Assembly: GCA_000092065.1 (NCBI GenBank)
Contig: CP000585.1
DNA length: 64,000 nt
Direction: 5' to 3' (one strand)
DNA from: Ostreococcus lucimarinus
Lineage: Eukaryota
The notes under the pieces: generated by a model
Databases searched by the model: none
Seen by the model: the letters and a program-made list of their open reading frames with translations, nothing else
Told to the model about the DNA's origin: nothing
Part shown: in pieces, positions 57,642 through 64,000 of the stretch
Layout: the number at the start of each line of letters is the position of its first letter
How positions within the stretch are numbered: position 1 is the stretch's first letter
Translations under genes and position numbers: made by a program

Positions 57642-58961
57642 ATGGAGCGCGAGTCGGCGCCGATACGCGCCGCGCGTCGAGCGTTCGGCGCGACGGACGA
57701 CGACGCGCGCGCGAGCGCGAGGGACGGCGCGCGCGCGCGCGGGCGAGGGCCAACACCAAAACCAAAGGCGGAGCTCGCGCGCGGAGGCGCGCTGGCGAGC
57801 GCGCGGAGCGCGACGCTGGCGCTGGCGAGCCTGTGCGCGATCGCGGTGGTGAGCGCGCGACTGGACGCCGCGTCGAGGGGCGCGCGGGCGAGCGCGGTGG
57901 TGGTGGGAACGACGACGAGGACGAGGACGACGGCGACGGCGACGCTGCGCGAGGACGAGGCGGTGGAGCCGGAGTTGCGCGTGGGCGATCGCAGCGTGGC
58001 GTACGTCGCCAAGGGATGGAACGCGGAGCGAAGATTGATAGGGGACGATAAGATCGAGGCGATTTGGGAAGGACCGGCGGCGGAGAACGCGGCGGGGGAG
58101 TTTGAGGCGACGAAGCCGAAGGGCGCGCTGTTGGCGCTGCACGGTTGTCATCATAGCGCGAAGGACTTCTTCGCGACGAACACGAAGTGCTCGCAGTGTC
58201 GAGGACTTGCGCAAGAAATGGCGATTACACGCACGGCGCTGAATCGAGGATACGTCGTGTTGGCGATTTCGTCGTTGGGGACGTGTTGGAGCAAGGACAT
58301 CGACGCGCCGCGCGTGCAGGCGGTGTTGGACGTCTTTTACAACGACACCGCGCTGAGTGACTTGCCATTGTTTGCGTTTGGTGCGTCGAGCGGTGGTTCG
58401 TTTGTGGGAGCGATGCCGCAAATGCAACTGACGCCGAAGGCGGCGGGTTTAATTATTCAAATCGCTCCGGGACCGACGGCGTCGGGCGTCGTCGGCGAAG
58501 TTTTGGCGGATTACCCGCCGACGGTGTTCTCGCACATGCCGCGCGACGCGCGCACCGCCGAGTTCATCGCAGCGTCGATCGCAGACTTCCGCAACGCCGG
58601 CGTTCGCATAATTGAATCTCGTCTAGAGCCGAGAGCGATCGACGACGCATATTTCTACGAACAAAGTTTTGGACGAGTCTCTGAAGAGGAGAGCGCGGCG
58701 ATGGTCGCTTCTCTTCGCTCCTTTAACTTGATCGACGCCCAGGGCTTGCTCACGGAGGATCCGCGTTTGTTCGACGACGATCATATCATCATGATCAAAC
58801 GACACGCACCGGAGTGGGATAGCTTGCTCGCCGACCAGAGCGATACGCGCGAGTTATTAAACGTCGCGTACGCCATGCACGAGCTCAGCGCGCAGGACTT
58901 TAGCAAGAACTTTGCGTGGCTCGTTCGTTCGCACGCGCGCGTCGCGCGCTCGACGTCTTAG
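57642..58961 (+). CDS. Alpha/beta-hydrolase-like (esterase/lipase) type II membrane protein
   Basis: A signal-anchor (ALASARSATLALASLCAIAVVSA) is present. FAFGASSGGSF is a GxSxG nucleophile elbow, with HGCHHS upstream. The first plausible ATG is 57642 (MERESAPIR). The gene is divergent from the previous gene, with a (CGATT)6 microsatellite in the shared promoter. Confidence 0.5.
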   Translation: MERESAPIRAARRAFGATDDDARASARDGARARGRGPTPKPKAELARGGALASARSATLALASLCAIAVVSARLDAASRGARASAVVVGTTTRTRTTATATLREDEAVEPELRVGDRSVAYVAKGWNAERRLIGDDKIEAIWEGPAAENAAGEFEATKPKGALLALHGCHHSAKDFFATNTKCSQCRGLAQEMAITRTALNRGYVVLAISSLGTCWSKDIDAPRVQAVLDVFYNDTALSDLPLFAFGASSGGSFVGAMPQMQLTPKAAGLIIQIAPGPTASGVVGEVLADYPPTVFSHMPRDARTAEFIAASIADFRNAGVRIIESRLEPRAIDDAYFYEQSFGRVSEEESAAMVASLRSFNLIDAQGLLTEDPRLFDDDHIIMIKRHAPEWDSLLADQSDTRELLNVAYAMHELSAQDFSKNFAWLVRSHARVARSTS

Positions 58962-59008
58962 TTCGATTGGTGGGTTTTGTAATGACTATCTTGTTCGTAG
59001 AAGTATTA

Positions 59009-60037
59009 TTAATCCGACGAGGTTTTAAGCTTCTGAAACTCTTCGTCCAACTCGTCTGTCGCCGACCGCGTCGACGAGCCGTGCTTCTTCTTTGACAGGT
59101 GTTCGGATACATCGGCGTCGTCCTCGACGTCGTCATCTTTGGACGAGTGGCTCGACGAGTGATGCTTCTTCGACGAAGAGTGCTTTGAAGAGAGTTTCGT
59201 GCTCTTCTCTTCTTCTTCTTCTTCTTCTTCTTCTTCTTCTTCTTCTTCTTCTTCGTCGCGATGGCTATGTTTGGAGTGTTTCGAGTGCTTGGAATGGTGA
59301 TGACTGTGACCGATTTTTGCGACGTAATCGACCCCGGGACACTCTGTGGCGTGTATGTTCAAATCGTCGCACACGGCCGGAGGGCAGTACGGCCAACCGT
59401 CCATGGGATCGTCCACGCTTTTCAACATGCACATTCTACACGGCGTCTCGCCCGGCTTCTGACACGCGCTCGGCACGCCCTCGTGGTTCGCGCACTCCCA
59501 ATCGCGAAAGGCGTGACGCCCGGCGTTACGATTGCCGACATCCGTCGAGCAATCACCGAGATCGTACTTCTTCTCCTTCGATCTCGTCTCCACGCCTTCG
59601 CACCCAGAGACTTCGTACTTGTCGCACACCCACGAGCTACACTTCGCCGTGCCCGACCCCTCTTTCGACGCTTCCGAGCCGGCGAGATGACAAAACTGGC
59701 ACCCGTGCGACCCGACGCAGTTCGACGGCACTCCCTCGTCGTCGGTGCAGTGCTTGTTGTACTGCTGATACAGCCCGATCGCTCGATCGCCGTGCGACGC
59801 GTCGCAATCCACCTTCGGCGGCGGCGGCGGCCGCGGCGGATGATGCGGATGCGGCGGCGGCGGCGTCGGCGGCGGCATCGGCGGCGTCGGCGGCGGCATC
59901 GGCGGCGGCATCGGCGGCGCCGGCGGCGACTCCGCCCCGATCCCGAACCCTCCGTCCCACCCCCGTCGCGCGAGCGCCAGCGCGCCGACGCACGCCGCCG
60001 CCGCCGCCGCGCCGACGCGTCCTCGCCACCGCCCCAT
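59009..60037 (-). CDS. Secreted cysteine-rich protein with Pro-rich linker and His/Ser/Lys plus poly-Glu C-terminal tail
   Basis: A signal peptide MGRWRGRVGAAAAAACVGALALA is followed by PPAPPMPPPMPPPTPPMPPPTPPPPHPHHPPRPPPPP. A 160-aa domain then contains about 22 Cys (CTDDEGVPSNCVGSHGCQFCHLAG...CSSWVCDKYEVSGCEG...CRMCMLKSVDDPMDGWPYCPPAVCDD). The tail is HSHHHSKHSKHSKHSHRD followed by E17 encoded by (GAA)n and Ser/Lys/His. It is the C-terminal 342 aa of track ORF 59009..61090. Confidence 0.55.
   Translation of the reverse strand: MGRWRGRVGAAAAAACVGALALARRGWDGGFGIGAESPPAPPMPPPMPPPTPPMPPPTPPPPHPHHPPRPPPPPKVDCDASHGDRAIGLYQQYNKHCTDDEGVPSNCVGSHGCQFCHLAGSEASKEGSGTAKCSSWVCDKYEVSGCEGVETRSKEKKYDLGDCSTDVGNRNAGRHAFRDWECANHEGVPSACQKPGETPCRMCMLKSVDDPMDGWPYCPPAVCDDLNIHATECPGVDYVAKIGHSHHHSKHSKHSKHSHRDEEEEEEEEEEEEEEEEKSTKLSSKHSSSKKHHSSSHSSKDDDVEDDADVSEHLSKKKHGSSTRSATDELDEEFQKLKTSSD
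59207..59255 (-). repeat. (GAA)16 trinucleotide microsatellite inside the CDS, encoding poly-Glu
   Basis: The plus strand reads (TTC)n. It translates to E17 in the secreted Cys-rich protein. Confidence 0.85.
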
Positions 60038-60416
60038 CTCGCGCCCGCGCGCGCGCGCCGCGTCCCCGCCGCGTCCCCGCTCGACGTCTTCGTCCTCGCG
60101 CGCGTCCTCGCGCGCGCGCGCGTCCTCGCGCGTTCGCCGCGCGCGTCCGCGCGTCGCCTCGTCGTCGTCGTCGCTCGCGCTCGATCCCGCGCCCGACGAC
60201 GCGCGCGCCGTCCGCGCGTCGCGCGCCGACGCGCGTTCGCCGCGAAGGAGCGCCTCGCGCTCGTCGCGCGACGACCGCGGCATCCTCGCCCGCGCCGTCG
60301 TCTCGCGCGCGCGACGACGCCGTCGCGATGGTGTTGCGCGCGCGGCGTTACGAAAACCCGTAACACACCGCACACGCGTGCGATCGCGCGCGCGCGTCCC
60401 GTCCCATCGCGCGCCG

Positions 60417-60424
60417 TATTTAAG
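60417..60424 (+). promoter_or_regulatory. TATA box (TATTTAAG) about 90 bp upstream of the PsaG start codon
   Basis: This is an isolated AT-rich octamer in a sequence context of over 70% GC. Its position fits a core promoter for the PsaG exon 1 proposed at 60515. Confidence 0.45.
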
Positions 60425-60514
60425 CCCCGAGGGACTCGCGCTCGAGTCGCGACTCGTCGACGAGATCGGATCCGTCGATCGCGCGAAGATACGCCCGCAC
60501 ACCCCGACGACGAC

Positions 60515-61102
60515 GATGCTCGCGCGCACGACCGCACCGACTCGCACGACCGCCACGCTGCGCAGGTGCGCGCGAAGCGCGACGCGAATCGCGGCGCGGC
60601 GCGACCGCGCGCGCGACCGGAGACCGAGGACGCGCGACCGGAGACCGAGGACGCGAGGACGAGGGAATCGTCGCGCGAGGCGCGGCGAGGCGAGCGATCG
60701 CGCGCGCGAACGGACGAGAGGACTGACGAGACGCGATGGTGACGAATGAATAGCCGCGTGGCGAAGCAAACGCGCACGGCGAAGCGCGGCGCGCGCGTCG
60801 CGGCGCGCGCGTTCGATGACGTGAACGTCGTGATCTCGTCGGCGAACGCGATTTGCCTGGCGTTGGGACGATTCGTGTTTTTGCCGTACCAACGCGCGCA
60901 AGTCGAACGCGTGGGCGCGCCGACGCAAAACGGACAGACGCACTTCGCGGCGGGCGACTCGCGCGCGGAGGAGGCGTCCTTCATCGTGTCGACGAACGAT
61001 CCGGCTGGGTTCACGATCGTGGACCTGCTCGCGTGGGGGTCCATCGGGCACGCCGTCGGATTTCTCGCGCTCGCGTCCCAGTCGGCGCAAACGATGTTGT
61101 GA
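60515..61102 (+). CDS. PSAG: Photosystem I reaction centre subunit PSI-G (PsaG/PsaK family), two exons: join(60515..60564, 60754..61102)
   Basis: Track ORF 60746..61102 encodes [71 protein letters not shown]. This matches Arabidopsis PsaG ([71 protein letters not shown]). Upstream exon 60515..60564 (MLARTTAPTRTTATLR) ends in AG followed by a GTGCGC donor. The 189-bp intron has GACTGAC 25 nt before the TAG acceptor at 60751-60753. The phase-2 join gives a 132-aa precursor with a typical transit peptide. A TATTTAAG TATA box lies at 60417-60424. Confidence 0.65.
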
Positions 61103-61202
61103 GCGTCGCCGCCGCCTCTAGTGGGTTTGTGATCGTATGAAAGACCGAACATAAGTCAATAATTCAATCGCGCTACGCTAAGAATGCTACTTTCTATGTG
61201 AG

Positions 61203-63611
61203 CTACGTGTGAGGCGGGGGGCGAAGAAACTGCCGCGCGTGCGCGCTCAACTCGCCGGCGTTTTCGAAATCCGACGCCGAGACAAAGGCGTTGACGCGCT
61301 CGAGCTTGAGCAAACGCAACGCGTCGGCGTTCAAATCGAGATCGAAATCGTCGTGAAGTTTTGAAATCGTGCGCGTCAACGCGTCGACGTTTGCGAGATC
61401 GGTCTCGTAGGTCAAGTTCACGCACTCGCGCTGGTGCGCTCGCAAGACGCTCGCCGTCGCCTCGTACCATCGCTTGTCCTCTCGAATGAGATTTCTGAAC
61501 GTTTTCTCGATAAACTTCACCCGCACGTTCGCGGACGTGACGTTCGGATCGCGCGCGGTGATGTTTTCCGCGTCGAAAGGCTCGGCAGCCTCTCGAATCT
61601 GCTGGAACGGCGCGTCGCCGTTCACCGCACGCATCGACGACGCGTACATGTCGAGCTTGTTTTCGCGACTCAAGCACAACAGCACGGGGTCTTCCGTAGC
61701 GGCGTCCAAGATGGCGCTGAGAACATCTTCCGAATGTTTGCTCGTCTCGGGCGTTGAATGGATGTGCGCGCCGATGATGGATACGTACACCTTGTCCACG
61801 CCAGCCTCCCACGCTCGGCTCAATACTTCGTTGACGAACTCACCCGGATACGTCAGCGAGGCGTCAATCGTGGCATCCTTGACGCCGATGTCTTGCAAGT
61901 ACTTTCGGAGCTTTGAACGCCAAGACGTTTCGTCGTCTTTGTCGGGGAGTTCGTCCACCGACCACCAATCGCCAAGGGTGATGTAATTCGCAAAAAACGA
62001 ATCCGTTCGCACCTGGCCGTCTCGCTCCCACAACGTGGACGACGTCGGATGATTGGAAGACGTCGCAAGCGCTTCACCGAGAAGTGACGCGCCGCCGCGC
62101 AAAGGCGACGAAGCGAGCACGAGACGGGCTTTTTTATACACGCCCTCGGTTTCGTGCAATCGCACGCGCGTGACGAGCGAGCTCGTAGCCTCGGACGAGA
62201 GCACGCGAACGAAAGACAGCGCCCACTTGTGCACGAGATCTTCATCTGCCGGGATGTTCTTCTCGAGCCATTCCACCACCATGGCTTGTCGCTCTTGATT
62301 CGTGCACCCATCCTGCCAACTCGCGCCGTGAAACGAAAAGTGGTCGATAGCGTACGATTGCGGGTACGCGCTGGCGATCGACGTGCACGGAAGAGTCGTT
62401 TTCCAAAACGTCCCGTCCGCCTCCTCCACGAGCGCGTTTGAGAGCGACAACGGATTCCAATCATCGTTGCCAGATGTCACACGCCGCCACGTCTGCGTCA
62501 CGTACTTAGTGAACGACGATTTCGTACCATCTAAATCGCTCCCATCCACCGCCTTGCCGTTATTCATCATCCACCGCATGCCAGGATCGTTCTTGGCGTC
62601 TTCGTGCGTGACTTGCTTGACGCACGTATCGAACTCATTTTCGCCGCATCCGAGCGGGTACGCGACGTCGCGATCGAGCCTCAGTATCGTGTCTCTCAAA
62701 TCGTTCGCACGAATGATGTGCGACAACCACACAGGACCCGTGATCGCGTTCGCGATGCACCGCTTGCCGAAATCTATGTTTTGCAGGTATCCGTCCGAGG
62801 AGGTGTCGTTGAACAAACTTCGAAACACGCTCGCTCCGGGCGTGAGCGCGCCGAATATCCCAGCGCTAAAGAACCTCGAGTCCCCGGGGTCGGCCACCAT
62901 GAACACCTCCTTGTTCGCCCGCAACGTCTTATGAAACAACGGCGTGATGTCCTTGAACAACTCCACGTTCGTGTCCAAGTACAATCCGCCGTGACGAAAC
63001 AACACCTCGTACTTCATCAAATCCACCAACATCGAATACACGTTCGATCCCGTGAGTTGATGAAACGCCCGCCCGCGCTCGAGCGTCGCCAGCGTAATCG
63101 GAAAGTTCCTCTCATTAATGTCTCCCTCCGTCCACAGCCGCATCTCCCACCCAGCCGCCTCCAACACCCTTCGGTTGCGCTCGAAAATCATTCGCTTCAC
63201 CCCCGGCACCTCGCTCCCGAGCCAAATCTCGTGCGCCACGCGCACGAACGCCCCCGCGTCGCTCTGTTTCGCCAGCATCTCCTCCCTGGCCACCATCCCA
63301 CACACGCCCAGCGTCAGCATCGTCGCCACGACGATCGGATGCGTCGCCCACGTCGTCGTCGCGCGCAGCCAGCCGCGTCGTCGCTCGGGGTGTTGACGCG
63401 TCGTCGCGTCGCCGCGCTCGACGTCCGGCGCGTCATCGCGCGCGCGCGCGAGCAGCGCGAGCGACTCGTCGCCGCCGGCGATCGCCGCCGACCGCGCGCC
63501 GTCGCCGACGCCCATCGCCGCGTCGTCTGCCGTCCGCTCGCCGATGGTGTTACGCCGCGCGCGAACTTCGAGGTCGATACGAAACGCCGTCTTGGTTTGC
63601 GCACCATGCAA
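61203..63611 (-). CDS. GT32-like glycosyltransferase (DXD sugar-binding region) with large uncharacterised C-terminal domain
   Basis: After a signal-anchor (THPIVVATMLTLGVCGMVA) comes IWLGSEVPGVKRMIFERNRRVLEAAGWEMRLWTEGD...SNVYSMLVDLMKYEVLFRHGGLYLDTNVE. This matches the Gly_transf_sug (OCH1/MIPC-synthase-type) region including the DxD motif. The following roughly 550 aa have no recognised domain. Confidence 0.6.
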   Translation of the reverse strand: MHGAQTKTAFRIDLEVRARRNTIGERTADDAAMGVGDGARSAAIAGGDESLALLARARDDAPDVERGDATTRQHPERRRGWLRATTTWATHPIVVATMLTLGVCGMVAREEMLAKQSDAGAFVRVAHEIWLGSEVPGVKRMIFERNRRVLEAAGWEMRLWTEGDINERNFPITLATLERGRAFHQLTGSNVYSMLVDLMKYEVLFRHGGLYLDTNVELFKDITPLFHKTLRANKEVFMVADPGDSRFFSAGIFGALTPGASVFRSLFNDTSSDGYLQNIDFGKRCIANAITGPVWLSHIIRANDLRDTILRLDRDVAYPLGCGENEFDTCVKQVTHEDAKNDPGMRWMMNNGKAVDGSDLDGTKSSFTKYVTQTWRRVTSGNDDWNPLSLSNALVEEADGTFWKTTLPCTSIASAYPQSYAIDHFSFHGASWQDGCTNQERQAMVVEWLEKNIPADEDLVHKWALSFVRVLSSEATSSLVTRVRLHETEGVYKKARLVLASSPLRGGASLLGEALATSSNHPTSSTLWERDGQVRTDSFFANYITLGDWWSVDELPDKDDETSWRSKLRKYLQDIGVKDATIDASLTYPGEFVNEVLSRAWEAGVDKVYVSIIGAHIHSTPETSKHSEDVLSAILDAATEDPVLLCLSRENKLDMYASSMRAVNGDAPFQQIREAAEPFDAENITARDPNVTSANVRVKFIEKTFRNLIREDKRWYEATASVLRAHQRECVNLTYETDLANVDALTRTISKLHDDFDLDLNADALRLLKLERVNAFVSASDFENAGELSAHARQFLRPPPHT

Positions 63612-63825
63612 AAACGTCTCTTCGTCTTCCGAACGCGATCATCGCCCGCCGCGCGCCGCGCGCGCGGCGTCACACGCGCGCGCGCGACGACGCGATCGAT
63701 CGACGCGCGCGCGACGGACGCGCGCGGCGAACGCGCGCGCGGCGCGAGACGACGCGCGGCGCGACGTCGGGGACTCGAATTCGGACGGTTCGGTGAAAGC
63801 CGCGCGCGGCGAGGCGTCGGTGACG

Positions 63826-64000
63826 ATGGCGCGGGCGAGGCGTCGCGCGATCGTCGCGGTGCTGGCGTGGGCGTGCGCGAACGCGATCGCGGCGCGCGCG
63901 GAGGATCCCGGGACGCACTGCACGACGAACGCGAGCGATCTGGCGCCGTGCGCGAGCGGTGGGGGATCGGCGTGCTGCGCGGCGATTACGGAGTGGAACG
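63826..64000 (+). CDS. 5' end of a secreted Cys-rich protein gene; partial, runs off the window end
   Basis: The ATG near 63826 opens MARARRRAIVAVLAWACANAIAARAEDPGTHCTTNASDLAPCASGGGSACCAAITEWN with no stop before 64000. It has a signal-peptide-like N-terminus. Confidence 0.3.
   Translation, partial: MARARRRAIVAVLAWACANAIAARAEDPGTHCTTNASDLAPCASGGGSACCAAITEWN

Noticed and set aside
59823-59935. A GGCGGCGGCATCGGCGGCG-type repeat that resembles a microsatellite or spacer array.
   Set aside because: On the minus strand it encodes the PPMPPPTPP proline-rich linker of the secreted Cys-rich protein. It is a coding low-complexity repeat, not a CRISPR array or non-coding satellite.
60746-60753. ATG at 60746 (MNSRV...) as the PsaG start codon.
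   Set aside because: It would give a PSI-G protein lacking a transit peptide. It coincides with the AATAG acceptor of the intron whose GTGCGC donor follows an upstream ATG exon. The two-exon model is frame-consistent.
1-64000. A prokaryotic-style novel system such as a defence island, an operon of unknown genes, or a CRISPR array.
   Set aside because: The window is eukaryotic nuclear DNA. It contains spliceosomal introns, TATA and TGTAA signals, and genes for eukaryote-only complexes (CDC5, AQR, CPSF30, INCENP, CENP-X, TIM14, SR protein). No direct-repeat/spacer arrays, IS elements, integrases or toxin-like genes were seen. Neighbouring genes are functionally unrelated.

Overview
This is a GC-rich (about 65-70% GC) eukaryotic nuclear segment, not a prokaryotic locus. 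The gene content includes PsaG, a POR-like reductase, CYP38, an HCF107-like HAT protein, an ammonium transporter, TOP6A, INCENP and CENP-X. Together with the TGTAA poly(A) signals and short GTGCG-initiated introns, this points to a green picoalga, probably a Mamiellophyceae such as Micromonas (inference). The window is very gene-dense: about 48 protein-coding genes in 64 kb. Most are single-exon genes separated by 30-300 bp, and many pairs are divergent and share tiny bidirectional promoters. Because of extreme GC3 codon bias, almost every real gene is shadowed by long arginine-rich ORFs in the other frames or strand. I treated these as artefacts and trimmed arginine-rich 5' extensions of track ORFs back to the first plausible ATG. 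Reading the sequence directly added several things the ORF track misses. A two-exon NOP10 gene lies in an apparently empty gap. PsaG has a two-exon model with a transit-peptide exon and a TATA box. Adenylate kinase has three exons. A coiled-coil protein gene has two exons. For two genes whose conserved N-terminus lacks an in-frame ATG (a renalase-like oxidoreductase and INCENP), I propose upstream exons. All supported introns share a GTGCG donor and a CTGAC branch point 20-40 nt before the AG. I found no rRNA, tRNA, CRISPR array, transposon or prokaryotic-style defence island. The most unusual items are a secreted Cys/Pro/His-polyGlu protein, a GT32-like glycosyltransferase with a 550-aa uncharacterised domain, a sialyltransferase-like type II membrane protein, a perfect 4x21-bp coding repeat, and the highly uniform intron signals. 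My base-level coordinates read from the text are accurate to about +/-1 nt. CDS ends that were derived from ORF-track arithmetic are frame-exact.
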